Part shown: one piece after another, positions 11,750 through 22,257 of the stretch | How positions within the stretch are numbered: the first letter of the stretch is position 1 | Layout: each line of letters begins with the position of its first letter | Source: Gammaproteobacteria bacterium | GTDB lineage: Bacteria > Pseudomonadota > Gammaproteobacteria > Steroidobacterales > PWYM01 | Reading direction: 5' to 3' | Assembly: GCA_007693855.1 (NCBI GenBank) | Contig: RECU01000063.1 | Span: 472 to 64,471, forward strand | DNA: 64,000 nucleotides | Notes under the pieces: model-generated | The model's input: the letters and a program-made list of their open reading frames with translations, nothing else | What the model was told of the DNA's origin: nothing | The model's database searches: none | Translations under genes and position numbers: made by a program

Positions 11750-11778
11750 TTGATACGTCTTCAACTCACCGATTGCAA
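11750..11778 (-). promoter_or_regulatory. candidate sigma70 promoter for the receptor gene (TTGCAA-N17-TATCAA)
   Basis: Hexamers read on the minus strand in the only AT-richer patch of the 330-bp intergenic region. This implies a ~140-nt leader. Confidence 0.35.
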
Positions 11779-11933
11779 GCAGTTTGGTGAAAAAACAACG
11801 GTTCCGCAGACGGTCCTGCAGCAGAGCACCGAGCAGGTGGGCCAACTTGGTGCAAACCACGGCCCAGCGCGCACCAAAACGATGCGCAGCCGCCACAGTT
11901 GCAGCCGATCTGTCCGGACAAATAGCGCCCTGA

Positions 11934-12524
11934 TTACCCGTCGCGTTGTAACGACGCGACGACCGGCAACAGGGCGTCCAGTCGGGCTTCGGCATCCTCG
12001 AGTTCGAGCAGGGCCTGCTTGTCGGGCATGGCGATCGGCAGCAGTTCGGCCAGCCGGTATCCGACCCAGCTGGCGTCCTCGTAGTCCTTGTCGATCGCGT
12101 CGTACAGCGGCCCGAGATCCGACAACACCGTCTCCAGCAGGCGCGCGAGGCGCGCGTGGCGGAGTGCAATAGGCAGCTTGGTCTCGGGGGCCAGGAACTC
12201 GACCCGGGCCATGTTCAGCCCATCCTCCTGGACCCGCGCATCCTGCAACCGGAAGCGACCCTGGCCGTGCGCGGTGACGCCGAGCAGTCCGTCCTCCCCC
12301 TGGTCCCAGTCGACGATGCGCGCCATGGTGCCGATCTGCGCTGTGCGCGCGGGACCGCCAGCCTCGCGACCCTCATGGATCAGCACCACCCCGAAGCCAT
12401 GGCCACCCTTGAGACAGCGGCTCACCATGTCGAGATAGCGGGGTTCGAAGATACGCAGCGGCAGCGGGCCGCCAGGGAACAGCACCGTATTCAGCGGAAA
12501 CAGCGGAATCTCGGGTTCACTCAT
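11934..12524 (-). CDS. LON peptidase substrate-binding (Lon N-terminal) domain protein
   Basis: IPLFPLNTVLFPGGPLPLRIFEPRYLDM.. is the Lon N-domain signature. No AAA or protease domain is present. ATGA overlap with mpl. Confidence 0.8.
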   Translation of the reverse strand: MSEPEIPLFPLNTVLFPGGPLPLRIFEPRYLDMVSRCLKGGHGFGVVLIHEGREAGGPARTAQIGTMARIVDWDQGEDGLLGVTAHGQGRFRLQDARVQEDGLNMARVEFLAPETKLPIALRHARLARLLETVLSDLGPLYDAIDKDYEDASWVGYRLAELLPIAMPDKQALLELEDAEARLDALLPVVASLQRDG

Positions 12525-13924
12525 GAGGACTCCCGACCATTCGAGGTTATCGGCGCGCGGCCCTTCAGCGCCTGCTCAAGTTTTCGAGGCAAGCCCCCGA
12601 ACGCGCCGTTGGACATGATCACCACCTCGTCACCCTCCACCAGTTCGTCGGCCAGGCGTGCCACCAGCGCATCGACATCGTCAGTCACCACGAGCCGCTC
12701 GCCGAGTGCCGCAAGCGCCTCCGCCGGCGTCCAGCCCAGCTCGGGTGGCCGGAAGAGGTGCACCCGGTCGGCGGCCTCCAGCGCCCCGGCCAGCGCCCCG
12801 ACATGAGCGCCCTGGCGCATGGTGTTGGAGCGTGGCTCCAGCACCGCCACCAGGCGCCGGTCCGGCTGCTGGCTGCGCAGGGCGGCGAGGGTTTCCCGGA
12901 TCGCCGTGGGATGATGAGCGAAGTCGTCATACAGTGTCACGCCCTGGAAGCGGCCACGCCGCTCGAGCCGCCGACGCACCCCCTGGAACTCCGCCAGCGC
13001 CTTCAGCGCCGTGTCCACCGGTACGCCCGCGTGGCGGGCGGCGGCCACGGCAGCCAGCGCGTTCTGCAGATTGTGCTGCCCTGCCAGCGCCCACACCGCT
13101 GTACCCGCCGGCTGGCCGGCGACGCTCACCGCGAAGCGCGATTTCGCGCCGACAAGTTCATAGCCCCCGTGCCAGTCGGCCTGCCTCTGCGCCTCGGTGG
13201 TGAAACGTTCCGGCGGCGTCCAGCAGCCCATCTCCAGCATGCGCTCGATATTCGCATCGGCAGCGTTGGCGATCACCAGCCCCCTGCCCGGCAGGGTGCG
13301 CATCAGCTGGTGGAACTGCCAGAGAATGGCATCGACGTCGCGATAGATATCGGCGTGGTCGTACTCGATGTTGGTGATGGCCAGGGTGCGCGGCCGGTAA
13401 TGCACGAACTTGGCGCGCTTGTCGAAAAATGCCGTGTCGTATTCATCCGCCTCGATCACGAAGAAACGGCCTTCGCCCAGGCGCGCGGAGATGCCGAAAT
13501 TGCGCGGCACGCCACCGATCAGAAACCCTGGAGACAACCCGGCGTACTCCAGAATCCAGGCCAGCATGCTCGCCGTGGTGGTCTTGCCATGCGTGCCGGC
13601 GACCGCCAGCACCCAGCGCCCGGCGAGCACGTGGCGCGCCAGCCAGGCCGGGCCGGACTCGTAAGCCCGACCACTGTCCAGCAACTCCTCGATCACCGGC
13701 TGGCCGCGACGCATGACGTTGCCGACGACCACGCGATCCACGCTCTCCGGCACCTGCCCCGCATCGTAGCCTTCGTGAATGCGCACGCCAAGCTTGCGCA
13801 GCTGGGTGCTCATCGGGGGATAGACGTTCTGGTCGGCCCCGGTCACGGTGTGGCCCGCGGCCTTGGCGAGCGCGGCGAGCCCGCCCATGAACGTACCGCA
13901 GACGCCGAGAAGGTGCAGATGCAT
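12521..13924 (-). CDS. mpl: UDP-N-acetylmuramate:L-alanyl-gamma-D-glutamyl-meso-diaminopimelate ligase
   Basis: MHLHLLGVCGTFMGGLAALAK.. matches the Mpl N-terminus, with a Mur ligase P-loop (GTHGKTT). ATG 13924 is preferred over the TTG at 13930 used by the ORF track. Confidence 0.9.
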   Translation of the reverse strand: MHLHLLGVCGTFMGGLAALAKAAGHTVTGADQNVYPPMSTQLRKLGVRIHEGYDAGQVPESVDRVVVGNVMRRGQPVIEELLDSGRAYESGPAWLARHVLAGRWVLAVAGTHGKTTTASMLAWILEYAGLSPGFLIGGVPRNFGISARLGEGRFFVIEADEYDTAFFDKRAKFVHYRPRTLAITNIEYDHADIYRDVDAILWQFHQLMRTLPGRGLVIANAADANIERMLEMGCWTPPERFTTEAQRQADWHGGYELVGAKSRFAVSVAGQPAGTAVWALAGQHNLQNALAAVAAARHAGVPVDTALKALAEFQGVRRRLERRGRFQGVTLYDDFAHHPTAIRETLAALRSQQPDRRLVAVLEPRSNTMRQGAHVGALAGALEAADRVHLFRPPELGWTPAEALAALGERLVVTDDVDALVARLADELVEGDEVVIMSNGAFGGLPRKLEQALKGRAPITSNGRESS

Positions 13925-13992
13925 GCGCAATCCTGTCGCGATGGCAGGCTGGCAGACTGCCGCCTGGCCGGGGCAAGGTCAATCGCGGCGTG

Positions 13993-14508
13993 TCAGGCCG
14001 GTAACAGCCATTGGCGGCGCACGCTGGTGTCGAGGATGATGACAGCCAGCGCAAGCAGCACGCCGACCGCGTAATGCGCCCCGAGCGCGCGCGAGAGCAC
14101 GAAACCGGTGATGTCGATCGACCACACCATCAGCGCGAAGAACGCCAGCAGCGCGAGTGGCGGCACAGCCTCGGCGCGGATGCCGGCATCGAGCCAGGTC
14201 ACCACCGGCAGCATCACCAACCCGAGCAGCGTGGCCGTGCCGAGCAGCGCCGTGGCCGTCTGGCGAAACCGCGCGCCGTGGCCCCGCCAGCGCAGCACCA
14301 GCGCGTAGGCCCCGAAGGTCAGCGCGAGATGCATGGCAGTCTCCGCTGCGGCTCGGGGAAACAGGTTACCCAGCGCCATGAGCGAGATCACCTGGACGGC
14401 GGTCGCCGTCACCAGGACCAGGCCCAGCAGCAGCCCCGCAGACGGAACATCCTCAGGCCCGCGCCGATGAAACGCGATGTCGATGAACAGCTGAAGCAGT
14501 GGCCACAT
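13993..14508 (-). CDS. hypothetical polytopic inner-membrane protein
   Basis: 171 aa with about five hydrophobic segments and coding-like composition. No family was recognised by eye. Confidence 0.55.
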   Translation of the reverse strand: MWPLLQLFIDIAFHRRGPEDVPSAGLLLGLVLVTATAVQVISLMALGNLFPRAAAETAMHLALTFGAYALVLRWRGHGARFRQTATALLGTATLLGLVMLPVVTWLDAGIRAEAVPPLALLAFFALMVWSIDITGFVLSRALGAHYAVGVLLALAVIILDTSVRRQWLLPA

Positions 14509-14583
14509 GCCGGGGGAACCTGTCTTCCGCGGGGGTCCGCATGATAGCGTAGCCCGCCCGCCGGCCGCCGAGAGTGCGCGCGC

Positions 14584-15696
14584 ATGACCGAAACGTCTGA
14601 TGTTCCGCCGGGCAGCGTGCCTGCGCTGCTGGCCACCCAGGAGGCGCTTGAGCCATTGATCGGACGGCTGGACGCCGCACCCGTGGTGGCGCTCGACACC
14701 GAGTTCCTGCGCGAGTCGACCTATTTTGCCCAGCTGTGTCTGCTACAGGTCGGCATGCCCGGCGAGGTGGCCTGCATCGACCCGCTGGCAGGCCTCGAGC
14801 TCACCCGGTTCTGGCAGGTCGTACTGCGCGAGCGACCGCTGATGCTGATGCATGCCGCCCGCCAGGATCTCGAACTGATCCGCCAGCACACCGGCGCCCT
14901 GCCTGCGAGCCTGTTCGACACCCAGGTGGCCGCCGCGCTGCTCGGCCACCCCGCCCAGCTGGGCTACGCCGGGCTGGTGGAGCGGCTGCTCGGCGTGCAG
15001 CTGGACAAGAGCCATGCCCGCACCGACTGGTCACGACGCCCCCTCGCCGCGGCCAAGCTCGCCTATGCTGGCGATGACGTCCGCTATCTCCCCGAACTGC
15101 ATGCGCAGCTCGGCGCCGAACTCGAGCGCCGCGGCCGAGCGGCCTGGGCGGCGGAGGACTGCGAGTCCCTGCTGAATCCGGCGCTCTACGAAAACCCGCC
15201 AGAGACGGCCTGGCAGCGGGTCAAGGGCCTGCGCCGCCTGCAGGGCCGCGCCCGCGCAGCGGCCCGTGCCCTGGCGGCCTGGCGCGAAGTCACGGCCGAG
15301 CGGCTGGACCGCCCGCGCCGCTGGGTATTGAGCGATGAGCAGCTGCTGGCCCTGGCCGACGCGCTGCCGGAGGATCGCGCCGCCCTCGACGCCGTCCCGG
15401 GACTGCCGCCGGGACTGGTCCGGCGCCGCGGTGATGCGCTGCTCGAAGTGGTGACCGGGATTCCGGTGTCGGCGCCGGAGGAGACCGACCCGGCGCCGCT
15501 CGACGATGCCGAAAAGAAGACCCTGGCGCGCCTCGCCTCGCTGGCGCGCGAGCTGGCCGACCAGCTCGACCTGGAACCCGAGGTGCTGGCCACGCGCGCG
15601 GAGCTCACCTCGGCCGTGCGCGGCACGCCGACGGGACGACCGTTTGTCGGCTGGCGGCTGGAGGTGATCGGTCGGCAGCTGCTGGCTGCCGTGTAG
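14584..15696 (+). CDS. rnd: ribonuclease D
   Basis: DEDD exonuclease motifs are present (ALDTEF, HAARQDLE, YAGDDVRYL), followed by an HRDC-like C-terminus. Confidence 0.9.
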   Translation: MTETSDVPPGSVPALLATQEALEPLIGRLDAAPVVALDTEFLRESTYFAQLCLLQVGMPGEVACIDPLAGLELTRFWQVVLRERPLMLMHAARQDLELIRQHTGALPASLFDTQVAAALLGHPAQLGYAGLVERLLGVQLDKSHARTDWSRRPLAAAKLAYAGDDVRYLPELHAQLGAELERRGRAAWAAEDCESLLNPALYENPPETAWQRVKGLRRLQGRARAAARALAAWREVTAERLDRPRRWVLSDEQLLALADALPEDRAALDAVPGLPPGLVRRRGDALLEVVTGIPVSAPEETDPAPLDDAEKKTLARLASLARELADQLDLEPEVLATRAELTSAVRGTPTGRPFVGWRLEVIGRQLLAAV

Positions 15697-15728
15697 CGCG
15701 CCGGCCTGCTGGCCCGCGCAAGCGCCCG

Positions 15729-16376
15729 TCAGGCCTCGCCCACCGCTTCGAGAACGCGCCGATAGACCTCGTCGACGTCCCCCACGGCATCGACAGTCCT
15801 AAGCAGCCCCCGAGCGCGATAGAACTCGATCAGCGGCTCGGTCTGCGAGCGGTAAACCTCGAGACGTGTGGCCACGGTATCCTCGTTGTCATCGGCGCGC
15901 TGCAGCAGCTCGCCACCCGCCTCCAGACACGCGTCGATCTCGCTCTGCGGCGAGAAATGGATGTTCAGCAGTTTTCCCGTTTTCGAGCAGCTCCGCCGGC
16001 CGGTGACGCGCTTGACCAGGATGTCGAAATCCACCTGCATCAACACGGCCGCATCCAGCGACTGACCAATATCCTCCAACACCCGGTCCAGCGCTTCGGC
16101 CTGGGCGCCATTGCGGGGATACCCATCGAGGATGAACCCGTTGGCCGCGTCGGGGCTGCTGAGCCGCTCACGAATGATGCCGAGCACGATGTCGTCCGAC
16201 ACCAGCTCGCCGGCATCCATGGCCGCCTTGGCCCGGCGGCCAAGTTCGCTGCCGGACGACACGGCCGCGCGCAGCAGGTCGCCGGTGGAGATCTGCGGAA
16301 TTCCCCGCTCGGCCATGATCTTCTGGGCCTGGGTGCCCTTGCCGGAACCCGGCGCACCCAGCATGACGATACGCAT
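15729..16376 (-). CDS. adk: adenylate kinase
   Basis: MRIVMLGAPGSGKGTQAQ..ISTGDLLR.. The ORF-track start at 16433 adds a non-conserved leader. Confidence 0.95.
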   Translation of the reverse strand: MRIVMLGAPGSGKGTQAQKIMAERGIPQISTGDLLRAAVSSGSELGRRAKAAMDAGELVSDDIVLGIIRERLSSPDAANGFILDGYPRNGAQAEALDRVLEDIGQSLDAAVLMQVDFDILVKRVTGRRSCSKTGKLLNIHFSPQSEIDACLEAGGELLQRADDNEDTVATRLEVYRSQTEPLIEFYRARGLLRTVDAVGDVDEVYRRVLEAVGEA

Positions 16377-16551
16377 AATGATGTAACCCCTGGACAGGCC
16401 GATTGGCCCGAGTCGCCACCTCGAGGGCGCCAAAGGCTATAGCGTGCCGCCTGAACGGTCAAACATCGCGGATACCGGCTGCGGTCGTGCGGCCAGTTTC
16501 GGTACCATGGTGGCACGCTCCCGCGACCCTCATCAGCCGAACGGTGTGCCC

Positions 16552-17802
16552 ATGGCCAAGCGAAAAAACCTCTTCTACGCCCAGTCCGGCGGCCCGACCG
16601 CCGTGATCAACGCCACCGCCTGCGGGGTGATCGAGACCGCCCGCCGACACCGCGACCGCATCGGGCGGGTCTACGCGGGGCGCAACGGCATTATCGGCGC
16701 GCTGGAGGAGGACATGATCGACGTGTTCCGGGAGAGCGCCTCGACCATCGCCGCCCTGCGCCACACCCCGGGCGCGGCGTTCGGCTCCGCGCGCTTCAAG
16801 CTCAAGGGGCTCGAGGAGAGCGCGGCGGAGTACGAGCGGCTGATCGAAGTCTTCCGTGCGCATGACATCGGCTATTTTCTCTATAACGGCGGCAATGATT
16901 CGATGGACACGGCCCACAAGGTCAGCCAGCTGTCCACCCGCCTGGGCCATCCGATCGCCTGTATCGGCGTGCCGAAGACGGTCGACAACGACCTGCCGAT
17001 CACCGACAACTGCCCCGGCTTCGGTTCGGTGGCGAAGTACGTCGCCATCTCCACGCTGGAGGCGGCCTTGGATGTCCGCAGCATGTCGCGCACCTCCACC
17101 AAGGTCTTCATCCTTGAGGTCATGGGCCGGCATGCCGGCTGGATCGCCGCGGCCGGCGGGCTGGCCGGCGAGGGCCGGGACGACCCGCCGCACCTCATCC
17201 TGTTTCCGGAGGTCCCCTTCGACCAGGCCGCCTTCCTGGCCAAAGTCCGCCAGAGCGTGGAGCGCAACGACTACTGCGTGATCGTCGCCTCGGAGGGCGC
17301 GCGCTATGCCGACGGCCGGTTCCTGGCCGATGCCGGCACGCGCGATGCCTTCGGACACGTGCAGCTCGGCGGTGTCGGCCAGGTGCTCGCCGCCATGGTC
17401 AAGGACGAACTCGGCTACAAATACCACTACGCGATCGCCGATTACCTGCAGCGTTCCGCCCGCCACATCGCCTCGGCCGTGGACGAGGAACAGGCCTACG
17501 CCGTAGGGCGCGCCGCCGTGGAACTCGCCCTCGAAGGCCAGACGGCCGTCATGCCGACGATCGAGCGACGCGCGGACTCCCCATACCGCTGGCGCATCGG
17601 CGTCGCCCCGCTGGCGCGCGTCGCCAACCGCGAGAAAATGCTGCCGCGCAGCTTCATCCGCCGGGACGGTTTCGGTATCACCGCCGCCTGCCGCCGTTAT
17701 CTCGCCCCGTTGATCGTCGGCGAGGCCTACCCGCCCTACCGGCGCGGCCTGCCGCGCTACGCGACGATCAAGGGTGTGCCGGTGCGCCGCCGTCTCGGCT
17801 GA
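16552..17802 (+). CDS. pfp: pyrophosphate-dependent 6-phosphofructokinase
   Basis: The PFK fold runs from MAKRKNLFYAQSGGPTAVINA.. GGNDS carries Asp at the position of E. coli PfkA Gly104. PKTVDND carries Lys at the position of Gly124. Both are PPi-type signatures. Confidence 0.85.
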   Translation: MAKRKNLFYAQSGGPTAVINATACGVIETARRHRDRIGRVYAGRNGIIGALEEDMIDVFRESASTIAALRHTPGAAFGSARFKLKGLEESAAEYERLIEVFRAHDIGYFLYNGGNDSMDTAHKVSQLSTRLGHPIACIGVPKTVDNDLPITDNCPGFGSVAKYVAISTLEAALDVRSMSRTSTKVFILEVMGRHAGWIAAAGGLAGEGRDDPPHLILFPEVPFDQAAFLAKVRQSVERNDYCVIVASEGARYADGRFLADAGTRDAFGHVQLGGVGQVLAAMVKDELGYKYHYAIADYLQRSARHIASAVDEEQAYAVGRAAVELALEGQTAVMPTIERRADSPYRWRIGVAPLARVANREKMLPRSFIRRDGFGITAACRRYLAPLIVGEAYPPYRRGLPRYATIKGVPVRRRLG

Positions 17803-18003
17803 CACCGCCGGGAGGCGACACGCCCGCCGGCTGAATCCACGCCGGGGGGCGCTGCGTATATCGGGAACGTCCATGACCGGCAGGCGGCGCGGACGGTAAC
17901 ATAGGCACCACACCTCGCTCCCTGACCGCGACCGAGCGCGTATGCTTTGACGCGGGGGGCTCGCCGTCGACGGATGTCGGCCACTAGCTTGTACAGGTCA
18001 CAC

Positions 18004-19149
18004 ATGTCGAATCAGCACGACACCTCCCCGCCCAACCGTCGTCGATGGCCCCGCCTGCTTGCGATCGTGGTCGGTCTGATCCTGGTCCTCATCGTGGCGC
18101 GCGCCTGGCTGGGCGGCGCGGACACGCCGGAAAACGGTCCGCCCCCCGCTGCCGTGGTGGAGACGGTCCGGGCCGAGACCCGCGTGATCACCGAGGCCGT
18201 GCGCGGCGTGGGTACCCTGCGCGCCAGCGCGGAAATCGACATCAGCCCCGAAGTGGGCGGGCGCATCACCCTGCTGGCCTTCCGCGAGGGCGGCCGCGTC
18301 GAGGCGGGTCAGGTGCTGGTGGAGTTGCGCGACGCACGCCTGCGCGAACAGCTGAACTCGCGCGAAGCCGCGCTGGCCGCGGCTGTCAGCCGGGCCCGCA
18401 ACGCCGAGCGGGTGCACGCGCGGGCCGAAACGCTGCGCGCCCAGCGCCAGATTTCCGAAGGCGACTACGAGCAGGCCTTCACGGACATGCAGGCCGCCCA
18501 GGCGGACGTGCGCGGCCTGGAAGCCGACATCGCGGCCCTGCGCGAGCAGATGGCCGAGATGACGCTGCGCGCGCCCTTTGCCGGGGAAATCTCCGAGCAG
18601 CAGGTCGACGAGGGGGCCTTCGTGGAGGCGGGTCGGCGCATCGCCACACTGTACCGGGCCGACCCCCTGCACATGAGCTTCAGTATCCCTGAGCGCTACG
18701 CCGGCCGGATCTCGCTGGAGGACGAGGTGGAGATCACGGTCGCGAGCTTTCCCGGCGAACGCTTCGCCGCCGAACTCGACGTCATCAGCCCAAGCGTCGA
18801 TGAGCGCAGCCGCACCCTCGGGCTGCGTGCCACCATCGCCAACCCCGAGGGCCGGCTGCGCCCGGGCGGCTTCGCCACCGCGCGGGTCATCGTCGAGCGC
18901 CGCGACGATCTGCCGGTCCTGCCCGAGGAGGCGCTGATCGGCACGCGCGACGGGTTCATCGTGTTCGTCGTCGAGGACGGTCGGGCGGTGCGCCGCGAAG
19001 TGCGCACGGGGCTGCGCGACAACGGCATGGTCAGCATCGTCGAGGGACTGGCGGCTGGCGAGCAGGTGGTCCGCCTTGGCCACCAGCGCGTCAGTGATGG
19101 CACGCGTGTCGAAGTCGTCAGCGACGCCCAGTCGGCCAACACCCGCTGA
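18004..19149 (+). CDS. efflux RND transporter periplasmic adaptor subunit
   Basis: It has an N-terminal membrane anchor, a coiled-coil hairpin region and beta-barrel motifs of the HlyD/AcrA family. It lies 15 nt upstream of the RND permease. An alternative start exists at 17947. Confidence 0.85.
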   Translation: MSNQHDTSPPNRRRWPRLLAIVVGLILVLIVARAWLGGADTPENGPPPAAVVETVRAETRVITEAVRGVGTLRASAEIDISPEVGGRITLLAFREGGRVEAGQVLVELRDARLREQLNSREAALAAAVSRARNAERVHARAETLRAQRQISEGDYEQAFTDMQAAQADVRGLEADIAALREQMAEMTLRAPFAGEISEQQVDEGAFVEAGRRIATLYRADPLHMSFSIPERYAGRISLEDEVEITVASFPGERFAAELDVISPSVDERSRTLGLRATIANPEGRLRPGGFATARVIVERRDDLPVLPEEALIGTRDGFIVFVVEDGRAVRREVRTGLRDNGMVSIVEGLAAGEQVVRLGHQRVSDGTRVEVVSDAQSANTR

Positions 19150-19164
19150 GCAGGAGAGGCCAGC

Positions 19165-22100
19165 ATGATCTGGAATTTCTGCATCAAGCGCCCCGTCTTC
19201 ACCACGGTCATTTTCCTGGTGCTGGCGATCTTCGGCGGCTACGGCTACCTGCAGATGCCGGTGCAGGAAAACCCGGATGTGGAATTCCCGGTGGTCAGCG
19301 TGAATGTCGCCCTGCCGGGCGCCGCCCCGGAGGTGATCGAAAGCGAAATCATCGACATCATCGAGGAGGAGATCAACACCATCGAGGGCATCCGCCAGCT
19401 GCGCTCCGAGGCGCGGCAGGATGTTGGCAGCATCGTGGTGGTGTTCGATCTGTCACGCGACCTGGAACTGGCCACCCAGGACGTGCGCGATGCCGTCGAT
19501 CGCGTCCGCCGGCGTCTGCCGCGCGATGCCGAAGCACCGATCGTGCGCAAACTCGATCTGGATGCTCAGCCGATCATGTGGGTGGCCATCCAGGGTGACG
19601 AGCGCTGGGACCGCGTCCAGCTCACGCGCTACACCGAGGACGTCCTTAAGGCACGCCTCGAGAGTCTGCCGGGGGTCGGGCAGATCATCGTCGGCGGCGC
19701 GCGCCGCTACGCCGCCCGCGTGCGCCTGGACCCGGAACGCCTGGCCGCCCATCAGCTCACCGTCCAGGATGTGGTCAACACCATCCAGGCCAACAACATC
19801 AGCATCCCGACCGGACGCGTCCAGGGCGCCACCCGCGAATTTCGCATCAACACCCGCGGGCAGTTTGCCGACGCCGGCCCGATCAACGACCTGGTGATCA
19901 CCACCGTCAACGGTGCACCGGTGCGCATCGGGGATGTCGGCCAGGCCATCGACGATGTGCAGAACGACCGACAGGTGGCCCGCTTTGCCGGCGAGGCGAC
20001 CGTCGGCATGGGCATCATCAAGCAGTCCGGCGCGAATGCGGTGGCGATGTCCAGCGCGGTGCGCGACGCACTTGAGGTGCTCGGCCCGGAGTTTCCCGCG
20101 GGGCTGCGCTACACGATCTCGAGCGACGACACCGAGTTCGTCGAGGAAAGCATCCGCGATCTGATCACCACCATCTTCCTCGCCACCACCCTGGTGGTGC
20201 TGGTGGTGCTGATTTTCCTGCGGACCTTCAAGGGCACGCTGGTGGCCGCCGTGGCCATTCCGGCGGCGCTGCTGGCAGGCTTCGCGGTCATCAACGCCCT
20301 GGGGTTCTCGATCAACCAGGTCACCATGCTGGCGCTGATCCTGGTGGTCGGCATCGTCGTCGACGATGCGATCGTGGTGCTCGAGCGCACGCAGCGCCAC
20401 CGCGAGGAAGGCGCCGAGCGCGAGCCTGCCGCACGCATCGGCACCACCGAAGTCGCGTTCCCGAACATCGCCAACTCGCTGGCCCTGGCGGCGGTCTTTC
20501 TGCCGGTGGCCTTTTCCGGCGGCATCATCGGGCAGTTCTTCCTCGAATTCGGCATCACCGTGACGGCGACGGTGTTCGCCTCGACCTTCGTGGCGCTCAC
20601 CTTGACCCCGATGCTCTGCGCGCTGCTGCTCGACCGCAATCCGCCCCAAAGCCGGCTGTTCGCGTGGTCTGAGCGCAGCTTCGCGCAACTGGAACGCGGC
20701 TACACGCGACTGCTGGCCGCCGCGCTGCGGCGCCGGCTGCTGACGGTGGCCATCGGCGCCGGCGCCTTCGTGGTCGGCATTGTCGCGCTGATCAACAGCC
20801 CGGCGGAGTTTGCCCCCTCCCCGGACCGTGCAGGATTCATCATCAGCTTCGAGGCCCCGGAGGGTGCCACGCTGCAGGAAACCGATCGCTTTGCAGGCCG
20901 CATTGAGGCCATGCTCGCGGACATGCCCGAGGTCCTGCACCAGTTCGTCGGCATCGGGCTGGGTGCCGGGGGGCCTGGCAACCCGAACACGGGCGTGGTG
21001 TTTCTGTCCCTCACCCCGCGCCATGATCGCGATCGCCACCAGGTCGAGATCATGCAGGACATGCGCGAGCGACTGGCGCGTATTCCCGATGGCCGGGCCT
21101 TCGTGTTCGAATTCGGGCCCGGCGGCCTCGCTGGCCAGCCGATCGAGCTGATCCTGCAGCACCCGGATCTCGAGGTGCTCGGTGCCGCGCAGGACCAGTT
21201 GATGGCCTGGATGGGCGAGCGCCGCGACAAGTTCGTCGGCGTGCGCACCAACCTGCGCTTCAACACGCCGGAAATCCAGGTCGATCTCGACCGCGACCGC
21301 ATCAGTGAGGCCGGCCTGTCCGCAATGCAGGTGGCCGACACCCTGCGCTATCTGATGGCGGAGGGTCCGATCTCCCAGGTCGAGCGTGACGCCAAGCGCT
21401 ATGACGTGATCCTCGACATCGCCGGCCGCGGCAACCTCACCCCCGAGGTGCTGCGCAACATCTACCTGCGAAACGGCGATGGACTGGTGCCGATCGACAA
21501 CCTGGTCACCCTCACCGAAGCAGTCGGCCCGAGCACCATCAACCGCTACAACCGCATGCGCGCCGCCACGATCAGCGCGAGCACGCCGCCCGGCGTGGTC
21601 CTCGGCGACGCCACCGACGTCCTGGCCCAGTATGTCGAGCGGGAACTGCCGATCGGCGTGGAGTACGCCTTCTCCGGCCAGGCGGAGGATTTCGCGGAAT
21701 CGTTTTTCTATCTGACGATCGCCTTCGCGCTCTCGATCGTCTTCATCTACCTGGTGCTGGCCGCACAGTTCGAATCCTTCGCCCTGCCACTGACCATCAT
21801 GGCCGCACTGCCGCTGGCCACGGTGGGCGCCTTCGGCTCCCTCTGGCTGCTGGGCATGCCGATCAGCGTGTATGTCTTCATCGGCATCATCATGCTCATG
21901 GGGTTGGTGACCAAGAACAGCATCCTGCTGATCGACTACACCAACGTGCTGGTGGCCCGCGGCCGCGCGCCCATGGAGGCCGCGCTCGAAGCCGGCACCA
22001 CGCGTCTGCGCCCGGTGCTCATGACCGCCATCTCGACCATCCTCGGCATGATGCCCATCGCCTTCGGGTTCGGCGCGGGTGGCGAGGTCAGGGCGCCGCT

Positions 22101-22257
22101 CGGCGTCGCGGTTGCCGCCGGACTGTTCAGCTCGACGCTGCTGACGCTGGTGGTCGTCCCCGTGCTCTACACCTATCTCCGGCAGTTCGAGGCGCTCTGG
22201 CGCAAGCGGATGGCGACACCGCCGAGCGGCAGTAGCCGGCAGGAGGCTGGCGCATGA
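19165..22257 (+). CDS. efflux RND transporter permease subunit (AcrB/HAE-type)
   Basis: 1030 aa. [24 protein letters not shown].. with 12-TM/two-large-loop organisation and a conserved TM4 segment ..[12 protein letters not shown].. Confidence 0.92.
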   Translation: MIWNFCIKRPVFTTVIFLVLAIFGGYGYLQMPVQENPDVEFPVVSVNVALPGAAPEVIESEIIDIIEEEINTIEGIRQLRSEARQDVGSIVVVFDLSRDLELATQDVRDAVDRVRRRLPRDAEAPIVRKLDLDAQPIMWVAIQGDERWDRVQLTRYTEDVLKARLESLPGVGQIIVGGARRYAARVRLDPERLAAHQLTVQDVVNTIQANNISIPTGRVQGATREFRINTRGQFADAGPINDLVITTVNGAPVRIGDVGQAIDDVQNDRQVARFAGEATVGMGIIKQSGANAVAMSSAVRDALEVLGPEFPAGLRYTISSDDTEFVEESIRDLITTIFLATTLVVLVVLIFLRTFKGTLVAAVAIPAALLAGFAVINALGFSINQVTMLALILVVGIVVDDAIVVLERTQRHREEGAEREPAARIGTTEVAFPNIANSLALAAVFLPVAFSGGIIGQFFLEFGITVTATVFASTFVALTLTPMLCALLLDRNPPQSRLFAWSERSFAQLERGYTRLLAAALRRRLLTVAIGAGAFVVGIVALINSPAEFAPSPDRAGFIISFEAPEGATLQETDRFAGRIEAMLADMPEVLHQFVGIGLGAGGPGNPNTGVVFLSLTPRHDRDRHQVEIMQDMRERLARIPDGRAFVFEFGPGGLAGQPIELILQHPDLEVLGAAQDQLMAWMGERRDKFVGVRTNLRFNTPEIQVDLDRDRISEAGLSAMQVADTLRYLMAEGPISQVERDAKRYDVILDIAGRGNLTPEVLRNIYLRNGDGLVPIDNLVTLTEAVGPSTINRYNRMRAATISASTPPGVVLGDATDVLAQYVERELPIGVEYAFSGQAEDFAESFFYLTIAFALSIVFIYLVLAAQFESFALPLTIMAALPLATVGAFGSLWLLGMPISVYVFIGIIMLMGLVTKNSILLIDYTNVLVARGRAPMEAALEAGTTRLRPVLMTAISTILGMMPIAFGFGAGGEVRAPLGVAVAAGLFSSTLLTLVVVPVLYTYLRQFEALWRKRMATPPSGSSRQEAGA

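Noticed and set aside
11604-11933. Fur boxes upstream of the two TonB-dependent receptor genes (the second spacer is 61136-61282).
   Set aside because: Only short partial matches such as TATCAACATGATC and CAATAATC are present. Nothing approaches the 19-bp GATAATGATAATCATTATC palindrome.
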